Shown here one piece after another: positions 40,241 through 54,104 of a DNA stretch of 64,000 nucleotides. Position 1 is the stretch's first letter, and each line of letters opens with the position of its first letter. The notes below the pieces were generated by a model. The model saw only the letters and a program-made list of their open reading frames with translations, was not told where the DNA came from and did not search any database. The translations under genes and the position numbers were made by a program. Source of the stretch: Chiloscyllium plagiosum (Eukaryota); NCBI RefSeq assembly GCF_004010195.1, contig NC_057718.1, forward strand, positions 47,621,556 to 47,685,555, read 5' to 3'.

Positions 40241-41612
40241 ATGGCTCTTGAAATTGCTGAAGAGGTTCTGGGGTTTGAAGATAATTCCTAAATTTGCCAA
40301 GAAAGTTTAGAAAGGAAAGAAACGACCATACTCTTAGAATTAGCAAAGAGGTTCTAGAATAGGGTTTAACATAGGTAAAGCTAAAATTGTAAAGGAATTA
40401 TTCAAAACATTTCAGTGAGTCAAAGAAATAGACAAGTGCAGTACAGTTAGAAAAAATTGAAGTACAATTGAGGAAAATTGAGTTAGAAGATAAACAACGG
40501 GAGAGAGAAAGAGAAAGAGAGGGAGGAGAGAGGAAAAAAAAAAGAGGATTCTTAGCTGAGCAAAGAAAGAGAAGTAAGGGAGAGAGAAAGAGAGACAGAG
40601 GGAAAAGAAAGGAGAGAGAGAAGATCCTTAGTTGAGGAAAGAGAGAGAATTTGAATGTGAGAAGTTGCGATTTGGTCAGCAAAGTCAAGTTAACAGGATG
40701 GAGATTAAAAGAGAAGGTAGTGACATATATAAATATGTAAAAGCTTTGCCATAGTTTGATGAGAAAGATGCCAAATTCGTCTTTATTTCATTTGAAAAAT
40801 TGGCTGGGTAGATGGGGTGGTCCAAGGATTTATGGGTAATGCTAGTTCAGACTAAACTAGTAAGCAGAACTAATGAGGTATTTGCCGCGCTGTCAGATGA
40901 AGGGTCAAGAGATTATGAAGAGGTCAACAGCCTATGTTAAGTGCTTATGAACTGGTACCAGAAGCGTATAGACAGCCATTCAGAAACATGAAGGAGGAAC
41001 CTGATCAGATTTATGCTGAGTTCAAAAGAATTAAACAGTCATTTTGATAGATGGGTGCAGGCCTTAAAAATAGATAAGACCTATGAGGTTCAAAGAGAGA
41101 TTATTCTGCTGGAGGAGTTTAAAAACTCACTTCCAGAGATGGTAAGATTTCATATGGATAAACAGAAAGTTCAGGACGTGAGAAGGGCAGCACAATGATG
41201 CATAAGACAAGCTTCCAGCCAGAATTTCGTCCAGTAAGGGATAGAATTTGGGAGAAGGAGAAATCCAGACTACGAAATAAAAAGAGTAGAGAACATTAGT
41301 AAATGTCTACCACAGGTTTAAAAAAAGCCCAAGAGGGTGGAAAGGAAGTGAAAGGACTCAGGTGTTTCCACTGTGGTAAAGTGGGACATGTAAAGTCATA
41401 GTGCTGATCGTGAAAGAAAGGCACGGTGAGCAATGATATGGTAAAAGAAGCTGAGCCAGTGGCATTAGTGACAGTAGTAAAAGAAACCCAAGAAGAGCCA
41501 AGGAGCTGCAGAAGAAGGCACAGTCTCGGCAAGGGCTGGGTATGGGATGAGTGCTCTATAAAGAATTTGCCTCTGTGGGTAAAGTTAACTCAGAAAGAAC
41601 AGGAGGAGAAGT
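40241..41612 (+). pseudogene. Disrupted Gypsy gag with SCAN-like domain and CCHC zinc knuckle
   Basis: ATG at 40241; FDRWV...REIILLEEFKNSLP; RCFHCGKVGHVKS*C; many stops and frameshifts; cut off by a CR1. Confidence 0.75.
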
Positions 41613-41616
41613 GCGA

Positions 41617-43203
41617 ATCATAGAGATGCACAACACGGAAACAGACCCTTAGGTCCAACTCGTCCATGCCAACCAGATATCCCAACCTAATCTGGTCACA
41701 CCAGCCCATATCCTTTCAAACACTTCCTTTTCATATACCCTTTTAAAGGCTACAATTGTACCAGCCTTCCTCTGGCAGCTCATTCCACACATACACCACC
41801 CACTGCATTAAAACATTGCCCCTTAGGTCTCTTTCATATCTTTGCCCTCTACCCTAAATGTATAGTATCTAGTTCTGGACTCCCCTACCCCAGGAAAAAA
41901 ACCTTGTCTATATACTTTATCCATGCCTCTCATGATTTTATAAACCTCTACAATGTTACCCCTCAGCCTCAGACACTCCAGGGAAAACAACCCTAGCCTA
42001 TTCAAACTCTTCCTATTGCTCAAATCCTGGCAACATTCTTGTGAAACTTTATGGTTCAGAAAAGATTTACAACATCCGTCCGATGGGAAGACGACCAGAA
42101 TTGCATTCGATATTCCAACAACGGCCTAACAAATGTCCTGTATAGTTACAAAATGACCCGCAACTCCTATAATGAGTGCTCTGACCAATAAAGGGAAGCA
42201 TACCAAATGCCTTCTTCACTATCCTATCTACCTGCGTCTCTACTTTCAAGGGGCTATGAACCTGCACTCCAAGGTCTCTTTGTTCAGCAACACTCGCTAG
42301 GAACTTACCATTAAGTGTATGTGTCCTGCTAAGATTTGCTCTCCCAAAATGCAGCACCTTACATTTATTTAAATTAAACTCTATCTGCTACTTGTCAACC
42401 CATTGGCCAATCTGATCAAGATCCCATTTTAATCTGAGGTAACCTTCTTCACTGTCCACTAAACCTCCAATTTTGGTGTCACCTGCAAACTTACCAACTA
42501 TACCTCTTATGTTCACATCCAAACCATTTATATAAATGGCTTAAAAAAAAGTAGAGGGCCCAGCACCAATCCTTGTGGCACTCCACTGGTCACAGGCCTC
42601 CAGTCTGAAAAACAACCCTCCATCACCACCCTCTGACTTCTACCTTTGAGCCTTGTATACCATGAGATCTAACCTTGCTATTCAGTCTTCCATGGGGAAC
42701 CTTGTCAAATGTCTTACTGAAGTCCATATAGATCATGTCCACAGCTCTGCCCTCATCAATCCTCATGTTACTTCTTCAAAAAAACTCAATCAAGTTTGTG
42801 AGACATGACTTCCCATGCACAAAGCAATGTTGACTATCCCTAATCAGTCCTTGCCTTTCAAAATACATGTACATCCTCTGTCCCTCAGGATTCCCTCCAA
42901 TAACTTGCCCACCACTGATGCCAGGCTCATGGTCTATAGTTCCCTGGCTTGTCCTTACCACCCTTCTTAAATAGTGGCACCATGTTAGCCAACCCCCAGT
43001 CTTCCGGCACCTCACCTATGACTATCTATGACACAAATATATCAGTAAAGGGCCCAGCAATCACTTTGTTAACTTCCCACAGAATTCTATGGTACACCTG
43101 ATAAGGTCCTAGGGATTTCAAGACATCCATCATTTCCTCCTCTGTAATATGGACATTTTTCAAAACGTCACCATCTATTTCTCTACATTCTATATCTTTC
43201 ATG
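41617..43203 (-). mobile_element. CR1 LINE, 5'-truncated
   Basis: Same family as 15537-17745 (MLHFGRANLSRT, FERQGLIRDSQH). Confidence 0.9.
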
Positions 43204-43214
43204 CCTAAACTAAA

Positions 43215-45030
43215 AATCATTTACCTGTATACGCTCAATATCCCGCTTTTCCCTGCCTATTCATATATCTGTCAAGATGCTTCTTAAACACTGTTGTTGT
43301 ATCTGCTTCAATCATCTCCTCTGACAGCATATTCCAGGCACTTTCCACATTCCATTTTAAACAAAACTTGTCTCTCACATTTACTTTAAACTTTTCTTCC
43401 TTTTGCCGTAAACCTATGTACCTTATTAACTGACATTTCTACTTTGGGAAGACAACTTCAACTATCCATTCTATCAGGTTGCCCCTCAGTGTCCCACATT
43501 CATGTGAAAACAAACCAAGTTTGTACAATCTCTCCTCATACCAATATGCTGGGTAAGCCTTTTTCTGTTCCTTCTCCAAAGCCTTCATACCCTTCCAACA
43601 GTGTGGTAACCAGAACTGTACAATATTCCCAAACGTGGCCTAATGAATCTTTTATACAGCTCCAACATGACACGCCAATTTTTATATTTTATGCCCCGAA
43701 TGAAGGCAAGCATGTCATATACCTCCTTGACCAATTTATCCACTTGTGTTGCCCTTTTCAAAGAACTATTGACCTAAATGCCTAGGTTCCCCTGTATGTT
43801 AAAGCTTCGAAGGGTTCTGCAATTTACTGTCTAATTCCCTCCTGATTCAGACCTTCCAAAATTTATGTCCTCCCATTTACCTGGATTAAATTCCATCTGA
43901 CATTTCTTGACCCAAGTCCAGCCTATTTTTAACCTGCTGTATCCTCTGGCAATCCTCCTCACTATTCACAGTTCCCCAAATCTTTGTATTTTCCTCAAAC
44001 TTACTGATCAGACCACTTATATTCTCTTGAAGCTTTCAGAGCGCTGACTTTCACTTCACCTGACAAATGAGCAGCACTTTGAAAGCTTGTGATTTCAAAG
44101 AAATCTGTTGGACTATAACCTGGTGCCATGTGACTTCTGACTGTCCATCCCAGTTCAACACCAGCATTTCCAGGATTCTCCTCCAAAATCAACAAGTGAC
44201 AGGGTCCCAAGCATTGATCCCTGCAGAACACCACTGGTCACAGATCTCTCGTAAAAAAAAAAAAATCTACTTCTACTCTTTGTCTTCTATCATAGAATAG
44301 AATCATAAAATCCCAAGAGTGTGGAAGCAGGCCATTCAGCCCTTCGAGTCCACATCTACCCTTCAGATAAGCATCCCACCCTACTCTATCCCCGTAATTC
44401 TGCATTTCCCATGGCTAATCTACCTCGGCTGCACATCCTTGGATGCGAAGGAGAAACTTACCAAGGCCAATCCACTTAACCTACAGGTTTTTGGACTGTG
44501 GGAGGAAGCTCATGCTGACACAGGGACAACATGCAAATTCCATACAGACAGTTGCCCCAGAGTGGAATCGAACCCAGGTCACTGGTGCTATGAGGCAGCA
44601 GGGCGAACCACTGAGCTAACATGCCGCCCAAGCCATTTCTGTATCTATCTTACAATTCACTGCAGATATCAGGTGACTTCACCTTCTGCATCATCTTGTC
44701 ATGTCAAAGGCCTTGCTGAAATCCACATAGACAACATCCACCACCCTGCCCTCAGCAATCATCTTTGTCCTTTCCTTAAACACACAATCAAGTTCGAGAG
44801 ACATGACTTTCTCCACAAAGTAATGCTGCCTTTTACTAGTATGTCCATATTTTTCCAATGTGAGCAAATCCCCTCCTAAAAGTCTTCTCCAATAATTTAT
44901 TTATCACTGATGGGCTCACAATCTGTAATTGCCCAGATTATCCCTGTTGCCCTTCTTAAACAAAGTAACAGCATTAGCTATTCTCTGGTCTTCTGGGACC
45001 TCGCCTATGACTAAAGAGAATACAAAGACT
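43215..45030 (-). mobile_element. Older CR1 LINE with nested Penelope mini-insert (44027-44174) and SINE
   Basis: CR1 RT and 3' homology; TSD attctc at 44021-44026 and 44175-44180. Confidence 0.7.
44295..44630 (-). mobile_element. HE1-type V-SINE (older)
   Basis: Homologous to 55719-56040. Confidence 0.8.
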
Positions 45031-45216
45031 TTCTCTCCTCTCATGCTCCCAGACTTGCTGAGTTTCTCTGACACTTGCTGTTTTGACCCTCACATTTGTT
45101 GGGGTTGAAAGTGGAGGAGTCAGGTGATAGAATTAGAGGGATTTAGAAACATGATTTGCAGTTGCAAATTGTAGTTGGAAGTTATAATGAACAGTTTTAA
45201 TCGGGGGAAAGTAGGA

Positions 45217-45548
45217 ACCTCGGCTCAGTGGTTAGCACTGCTGCCTCAACGCCTGGGACCCGGGTTCGATTCCAGCCTCGGGCAACTGTCTGTGTGTAGT
45301 TTGCTCATTCTCCCTGTGTTTGCCTGGGTTTCCTCCGAGTGCTCCAGTTTCCTCCCACAATCCAAAGATGGCAGGATAGGTGAACTGGCCATGTTAAGTT
45401 ACACATAGTGTTCAGGGATATATAGGTTAGATGCATTAGTCGGGGTATATGGAGGGGAATGGGTCTGAGTGGGTTACTCTTCGGAGGGTTGGTGTGGACT
45501 GTTGGGCTGATTGGCCTGTTTCCACACTGTAGGGATTCAATGATTCTA
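45217..45548 (+). mobile_element. HE1-type V-SINE
   Basis: ggctcagtggttagcactgctgcc head, V-domain and tail. Confidence 0.85.
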
Positions 45549-46305
45549 CAGTTTTACCTGGTCCTGCCAGATCTGGCAATACAGCTAGTACCTACCATTA
45601 TGTTCAAATTTGTATTTCACAGAAGCAGAAATATTACCTGTAAAACTGTGAATTGTATAAAATCCACATCCGGATGGAGCAAAGAGTATGTGTGTGCAAA
45701 CATAAAGCTGACGCCACTTGTAAGCAACGCCAGTGCCTGCCCTGTTTAGGTTAACTCAGAGCAGTAGTGTCTTATTTGGATCTAAGGTCACCTTTATGTG
45801 TTTGTTTATGAAGCTTCCTTACCCACACTGCCACCTTTATTTCCTTTGACTGACTGTCGGAGGGTAAGACTCATTTGCCAATTATTCATTTGTGAAATCC
45901 TTAAAACTTACTCGAAGTATGTATTCACTTGTTCAAACTTACTCAACCATCCATATGAGCGGGTCAGTGTGGACTTGTTGGGCCGAAGGGTCTGTTTCCA
46001 CAGTAAGTAATCTAATCTAACCAACCCAGGTATTTGCATGCCAATATATCAAGTTCTATTTTTAGAAACTATAAAATTCACTTCCAACACCAGATGCAAT
46101 GTTACAGTGGGTATTGTCTGAGAACAAATTGCAAATTTTGAAAATTTACTTACAGGTTTGTACTTAATCAATTCTCTGTCCAGCCCAACAAGTACCTGAA
46201 CCATAATGAACAACAATAAATAGTAGCTTTTCATTGAAATATGACCCAGAACAGATTGGAACAAATAAAAATGGATGACATCCATAATGGGCACAAATCA
46301 CATAC

Positions 46306-46502
46306 CATTTTTACTATTTCAGGATAGGCTTGTTCAAGAAGCACACCTCTATTTGAGGTGAGGAAATCCACCAATTCATTCAGGGTTGCTCTTTTGACCT
46401 CTTTACTCTTTAAGTCTGAAACAGAGTCCATGAAATCAAAAATCACACAGCACTGCTGTAATTTTTGACAGAAGAGATCATGCTGTTCAGCATTTGGAGC
46501 AT
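46306..46502 (-). CDS. PPP2R5A: PP2A regulatory subunit B56-alpha, coding exon 2 (197 bp)
   Basis: Acceptor ttctacag|AT, donor ATG|gtatgt. Encodes (D)[79 protein letters not shown] matches the alpha paralogue as recalled. Confidence 0.95.
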
Positions 46503-47129
46503 CTGTAGAAAGAGAAAGGATACATGCAATAAGCATTAAGACATTTCATTTCTTATCTAACACCGTATCTTAATTTCAAAAAGGCTATTATTACAAATGC
46601 TTTTTTAAAAAAAAAAATCAAACCATATAAATAGAAAACTAAACAAATATTTATGAGGAATGAGATTCCCCTAAAAGATCCTCAAATTTCAAAAGACCCC
46701 AGCTTGCAAACATACAATTGAAGCCATTTTCTCTGAGAATTTTTTAAAATTCTGCAATTAGTTCCTGACAGCTCAGTGCAACTCTGCAGTCTTTTCAGAA
46801 TCACGACTTAAAAGACTCACTTTTAATTTTCAAAATTGTAATCAAAATGCACCTGCTTACATGCCAGAAGAAAAACCTGCTCTCAGCCTTAGAAACAATT
46901 CATGTGCATTCAAGGTTTTGTCTTTTTATTGAAGCATAATCTTTCATTCTGAAGTAATATCATTCAAAACTAAGCAGTTTAAAAAAAATCAATAGCATGT
47001 GAACAAATTCATCACCTGTTTTGAGATATTGTGAGGCAGATACATTGAACCAAAATTTTTGAACAAAGTCACACATTGTTATCGAGGAGCTATAGTTATG
47101 CATATCTCAAACTCAATTGCTTTTCATTC

Positions 47130-48960
47130 AGAGCTTAGCTGTAGTTTGCAAAGCCAGCATATACAGCCCATGTGATTTATCCTGAAGGTAGTGGTGGGTT
47201 GACGTCTCGAATTAATAAAGTTTATGTAATGAAAGTATGACCACAATGCAGTTTGGTAAGTTGCTTGATCAACTAACAATGAAAAACATGAAAGTTACAA
47301 CAATGGGAGACTGTTAGGTGGATTAGAAGTTGACAATATGTCTGCGACACTTTTTGTTTTTAACATGCGGAAATCATGTTTTGAAACCTTGGTGAGTTGC
47401 AGTGCATCTTGTACATAGTATACAGGTCAGCCAGACGGCACCTGTTAAAGGTGATGGACAGGATGTTGAACACATGCATGCTTTGCCTTGGATGAGAATA
47501 AGCTTCTTGAGTTTTGTTGGAGCTGCGTTCATCCAGACAAGCCCAGGTCATTTCATCACACCAATGCTTTCTGTCAATTCGATGATTGATGGTCTTCGGA
47601 CAGTCAGGAGGAGAGTTGTTCATCATACACCATTCTTATCTCTAAATTGTTTATGCACCCACAGAATATGTGGTGAGTCCAGTTAAATTTCTGGTCAATG
47701 GTGACACCATGATTTTAATGGGGCAGATTCATTCATGGCAATGCCACGAAACATGAAAGGAGTATGGTTATACTCTCTCACTGAAAATGGTCATTGCCCA
47801 AGGAACTGTGCACGATGTCAGCCTAAACTATGAATTGTTTGGGTCCTGCTGTAATTGTGCACATATTGTTCCATTAATCAAGGATTTGCAAATGCTGTTA
47901 TACAGAGTATAAATAGTCGCTCACCCTCACTTTTGTTGGAGACAAAACTATTGCTGAAGCTGCTAAAAATTATTTGGTCAAAAATAATGTCAAGGAACTC
48001 ATGCAGCAATATTCTGGGGCAGAGATGACTGCCCCAAAACAAGAACATTCTTTTGTGTCAATCCTGACTACAACCATGAAGACCTTCCTCCTCTCTGCAA
48101 TAACTTCAGTTTCACAAGGACTGGACACTACACATCAAATTCTGTCTTTCTGCATTGCTGGTTTTCAGCTCTTTTGTCAATGCTCAAGCCACGACCGGGT
48201 TATGAGGAAGTTAAGTGCAATGTAACAGCACTGTTGACAGCACCTTGCATCACACTGCTGATTAAGAGTAGACAGAATGAGGATGCGATTGACTGAATTG
48301 GATTTGACATGCTTTTTGTGAATAGGTCATACCCAGAAAATTTTGCACATTGTTCGGTCACTGACAGTATTGTAGCTGGAATGGAACACCTTGATCTGAA
48401 ATGCAGCTTGTTCTGGATTACAGTTCTTCAGCACTACAGACAGGGTGCTGTCACAGTCAGGAGCCTTTGCTGTATCCAGTGAGCTCAGCTATTTCTTGTT
48501 ATCAGGAGGAATGAATTAACATCATAAATGGGCATCTGTCATGGAGGAAAACACTGTTTCCGAGATTCCTGGATAAAGATGGTTCAAATTGACTTGTGCA
48601 GTCAATAATGGTACAGCCCAATAAGAGGATGGGGACATTTGTATCATCTTGACACCATGTCAGGTGTGATAATGCTGAAAAAAAAATGTTTGTCCATTAC
48701 GTTCACAGCAAGATATAGCAGAACAGCACACCTTGATCGGATCTGCTGGATTGCTTAGTTTGGAATTGAACACATTAATTCCACTGTTCAGCATGTATAT
48801 AGTCCTGCGTTTTAACTTCACTGTTTGGTACCTCATTTTCAGACAGACCTGGTGTTGCTCCTGCCAATATCTTCTCTAAACTCCTCATTCAATCAGTGTG
48901 GTCACCTGTATAGATTTTAATTATGGAAAGAAGAACATGCCAGGTTAAAATTTGTAGTGG
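47130..48960 (-). mobile_element. Very old CR1-clade remnant (family of 36780-38412)
   Basis: Patchy similarity (ttggagctgcgttcatccagacaag, gcctttgctgtatccagt). Confidence 0.5.
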
Positions 48961-49284
48961 AACACAATTCTGCACACCATGCTTTGTGGGCGTCTATTTT
49001 TGGGCTGAATCAATACATCAGCAATTGGAAAATATGCGAGAAACGATCCAAGTATTCCCTTCAGCTGATTTGCTCAACACCTGGAATTGTCTCATTTGGC
49101 GATTATGGTGCACCTTAGGACTCGATCAGTAAATAATGTTCCTAAACCATGCTTGGTGACAACATTTAGATTTCCCATTCATTGTGGGCCGTTATTATCT
49201 TCAATGCTTCTTATTTCTGGTATTAAATATACAAGATGAACAGGAGGGAAGGGGAGGGGACGGGGCAGGATGGGAGGGGACCGG

Positions 49285-51041
49285 AGAGAAATGTTCATAT
49301 TACAGAGCTGGTGGTGCTGGATGTCTTGAAACGCATAAAAGTGGATGTGTGCCCAGGACATTTACTGTGGAAAAGGATATGGAAGATATAGAATGTAGGG
49401 AAATAGATGGTGACATCTTGAAAAATGTCCATATTATAGGAGGAGAAGTGCTGGATGTCTTGAAATGTATAAAAGTGGATAAATCCCTCAGACCTGATCA
49501 GGCCTAGAACTCTGTGGGAAGCGAGGGAAATGATTGCTGGACCCCTTGCTGAGATATTTGTATCATCGAGCGCTACAGGCGAGGTGCCAGAAGACTTGAG
49601 GTTGGCTAATATGGTACCACTATTTAAGAAACGTGGTAAGGACAAGCCAGGAGACTATAAACCGTTGAGCCTGACATCAGTGGTGGGCAAATTGTTGGAT
49701 GGAATCCTGAGGGACAGGATGTACATGTATTTTGAAAGGCAAGGACTGATTAGGGATAGTCAACATGATTGTGTGTGTGGGAAACCATGTCTCTCAAACT
49801 TGATCGAGTTTTTTGAAAAAGTAACAAAGAGGATTGATGCGGGCAGAGCGGTAGGTGTGAACTGTATGGACTTCAGTAAGGCATTCGACAAGGTTCCACA
49901 CGGGAAACAGGTTAGCAAGGTTAGATCTCACGGAACTAGCTAGGGATACAGGGAGAACTAGCCGTTTGGATACAGAATTGGCTCGAAGGCAGAGGACAGA
50001 GGGTAGTGGTGAAGTGTTGCCTTTCAGACTGGAGGCCTGTGGCCAGTGGTGTGCCACAAGGATTGGTGCTGGGTCCGTTGCTTTTTGTCATTTATATAAA
50101 TGAGAAGGTATGGCTAGTAAATTTGCAGATGACACCAAAACTGGAGATGTAGTGGACAGTGAAAAGGGTTACCTCAGAGTACAATGGGATCTTGATCAGA
50201 TGGGTCAATGGGCTGAGGATCAGCAGTTGGAGTTTAAGTTAGATAAATGTGAGATGCTGCATTTTGGAAAAGCAAATCAGAGCAGGACGTATACATTTAA
50301 TGGCAAGATCCTGAGGTGTGTTACTGAAAATAAAAAAGAGACCTTGGAGTGCAGGCTCATAGTTCCTTGAAAGTAGAGATGCAGGTAGATGGGACAGCGA
50401 AGGTGGTGTTTGGTATACTTTCCTTTATTGGTCAGAGTATTGAGTACAGGAGTTGGGAGGTCATGTTGTGGCTGTACAGGACATTCGTTAGCTACTTCTG
50501 GAGTATTTTGTCCAATTCTGGTCTCCTTCCTATCAGAAGGATGTTGTGAAATTTGAAAGGGTTCAGAGAAGAAGGACGTTGCCAGGATTGGAGGATTTGA
50601 GCTATAGGGAGAGGCTGAATAGGCTGGGGCTTTTTTCCCCTGGAGTGTCGGAGGCTGAGAGGTGACCTTATAGAGGTTTATAAAATCATGAGGCGCATGA
50701 ATAGGATAAATAGATGAGGTCTTTTCCCTGGGGCGGGGTAGTCCAGAATGAAAGGGCATAAGTTTAGGGTAAGCGGGGAAAGATGTAATAAGGGACCTAA
50801 GGAACAACTTTTTCCACACAGAGGATGGTGAGTGTATGGAAATGAGCTGCCAGAGGAAGTGGTGAAGGCTGGTACAATTACTGCATTTAAAAGGTATCTG
50901 GATGCAGAAATGAATGGGAAGGGTTTCGATGGATGTGGGCCGAGTGTTGGAAAATGGGACCAGATTAGGTTAGGATATCTGGTTGGCGTGGACAAGATGG
51001 ACTCAAGGATCTGTTTCCGTGCTGTATATCTCTATGACTCT
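49285..51041 (+). mobile_element. CR1 LINE, 5'-truncated, with a duplicated ~60-bp piece at the 5' junction
   Basis: PEDLRLANMVPLFKK, DFSKAFDKVPH, SKFADDTK; 49288-49346 repeats 49423-49480 imperfectly. Confidence 0.9.
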
Positions 51042-52783
51042 CAGAGGAGAGGGAGGAGGAGGACAGGGGAGAGGGCAGTACGGAGAGATCCTTTGTCATG
51101 TGTATTCAAGTCTATGAGTACAGTGAAACATTTTATAATGTCGCCCTTTGTGGCGCCATCTTAGATACAAATTGTAGCTACAACAAGGAATAAAAAAGTA
51201 GTTGCATTACTTTACACTGTTTAAAGAACAAGTTAGAAATAAGACATAGTTAAAAGGATTAACATTACAGTCAGATAAACAAAAATTCAAATAAACATTA
51301 CACTGCTGGGTGCAGTAGCTTTCTCCTGTGGTCTGACCACCCACCCACTCCCAGTCGAAAAACCAACCCCATTCCTCTCCAAGCCTGCAGCCCACTCTGC
51401 ACTGGCTCTCAGCTGCTCCAAGGTAACTTTTCTCCAAGACTGAATCCCCTTACTGAATCCACTGAACTGCTTCCTCCATGCTGGCCGCTGATCGAGGATT
51501 CCCCCACCTCCCTAAACTTTTGGCAACTCTTATGTGACACAGCCAAAGCAGATAAAACTTGCAGCTCCTGTTTATTATGGAGGAATGGTGATTGGAATCA
51601 GAGGCCATGAGGTTCCACAACAGGATGGGAAGTTTCTCCACAATACAGCAAGGAGCAAGAACATCCATATAACACTTGTGGTCAGAGTTTGCCAGAAAAA
51701 AGCTACCAAAACAGGCAAACCGAGTACCAATCAGACCAAGTGCAAAACCACTTCAAAACATGGCTTTGCAAATAAGCTTGAGGATAAGGAATTGATACAG
51801 CTAAACTTGCATCACTGCTCCTGACGTGGTCTCAATTAAGTTAAAACTTCAGATAAAAGGCCACTGTATAGACACAGATAGACACAGGTGTATATATTGT
51901 TGGGGAGCAAACCTTTAGGAAACTCTGGTGAGGCATCTTTAAGCCTACAAGACAGTAAGGTAAGATTGGCCATACACTGGGGAGCCCTTACACATTACTA
52001 GGACCATGGTGATCCCAGTCACCCATTGGCAACAAACAGTCAGACTCCCCTTAATGGTGGTGCAAAGGCCAGGTCCCAACCTTTTAGGAAGGAATTGGCT
52101 GCAGAATATCCACCTGGATTGGCAACAGATCTTTAAAATGGATATTGGCAATCGATATCAAATTATTGAGAAGTCTCTTCACATGTTCCAAGAGGGCCTC
52201 AGGAATATAAAAGGCGCCATGGCTAAGATTTATGTAGACCCAGGGGTCCAATCTCAATTCTTCAAGGCATGGACGGTTACATACAGCCTATTTGCATTGG
52301 TCGAGGCTGAATGGGAACATTAGAGAAACTTGGCAACACACAACCCAGGGCAATTTTCTGAATGGGCCATACCAGTAGTCCCAGTTTTAAAATATGATAA
52401 TTCAATTGGTCTCTGTGGGGATTATAAGGTGATGATCAGCAGAGCTTCCCACTTAGGCAGACATTGTATGCCTTACATAGAAGACTTGTATGCAAAGCTA
52501 GCTGGTGGTCATATATTGAGGTGCCATCTGGGAAGTATGTCACTATAAATACCCACAAAAGAATGTGCATACTTGCTTGCCTTTTGGGATGTCTTTGGCT
52601 GGCACCATCTTTCAAAGGGCCATGGAAAACATCCTACAAGATGTGCCCAGATTGACAGTCAATTTGGATGATGCTTTAATCTCAGGAGCTATTGCAAAGA
52701 GACATTTAATGAGTTTGGAGGAGGTATTGCAGTATTTGTGGTTGGCTGCTAACTAAAAAGGGAAAAACATATGTTCTGGTAAA

Positions 52784-53215
52784 TAGAGTCATAAAGATGT
52801 ACAGCACAGAAACAGATTCTTCGGTCCAACTTGTCCATACTGACCAGGTATTCCAACCCAATCTAGTCCCAATTTCCAGCACTCAGTCCATATCACTCCA
52901 AACCCTTCGTATTCATTTACCCATCCAGATGCCTATTAAATGCTACAATTGTACCAGCCTCTACCACTTCCTCTAGCAGCTCATTCCATACACTTACCAC
53001 CTTCTGTGTGAAAAAGTTGCCCCTTAGGTCTCTTATTATCTTTTCCCTCTCACCCTAAACCTATGGCCTCTAGTTCTGGACTCCCCAACCTGAGGTAAAA
53101 GACTTTGTCTACTTATATTATCCATGCCCCTCAATTTTATAAACCTCTATAATGTCACCCCTCAGCCTCCGACGCTCCAGGGAAAACAGCCCTAGCCTAT
53201 TCAAGCTCTCCCTGA
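52784..53215 (-). mobile_element. CR1 3' fragment inserted in Gypsy pol
   Basis: CR1 3' tail; flanking ggtaaa duplication (52778-52783, 53216-53221). Confidence 0.85.
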
Positions 53216-54104
53216 GGTAAAGTATCTTGGTTACAGGGTTTACACACACCCTGAAGAGAAACTGAAGGCCAAAAGAAAAGGCTCAGACTCCAAGAAACAA
53301 AGGAGTTGAAGTCTTTGCTAGGTCTTATAAATTATGGGAATTTTAAAAATTAAACTTAGCAACCCTGCTCTACCATGCTCTGCTTAAATAAAAATCTGAA
53401 ATGGTTGTGCTAAATGCCACAAGAGAAAGCCTTTACAAACATCATATAACTACCACTGTCAGCAAGTATATTATCCCATTACAACTCCTTGAGACCACTG
53501 TAACCAACAATGCTCCCACTATGGGATAGGGGTGGTATTACCACACCATTGGGATGACAGAAAAAAACGACCAATTACATATACATTGTGAATCCTGGTG
53601 GACACAGAAATGAAGAATGCCCAGATCAAAAAAGAAGTTTGGCCATGGTATTCATGGTGGAAAAATTCCAGTATGCCTACAGTTGACATTTCACCATAAC
53701 AACTGATCACAAACCTCTGCTTAGCCTCTTCAACAAAGAGGAGTTGAGTCCTCCCATTGCATTAGCTCAGCTACAATGCTGGGTATTTTTAATTAGGTGC
53801 CTAAGAATATTCTTTGGATCATTCGGGGAGACAGATATCCAAGATGGATGCCTTGAACTGCCTGCAGCTTCCCACCAACTTATGTTCACCTCCAAAAGGT
53901 AGATGAAGTCATGATGACTTGGAACTTCATGGACAATCGATCAGTACCTGCCAAGCAAATCCATGCTTGAACCCAAAAGGACCCTATACTGACAAAGCTA
54001 CGTGATATCATCTTAAGTGGTGAACCTCAAAGATGTCCCATGGAAGAGTTGAAACCCTCTATCTCAAAATTTCAGGAGTTGACAAAGAAGATAGCATTAT
54101 TTTA

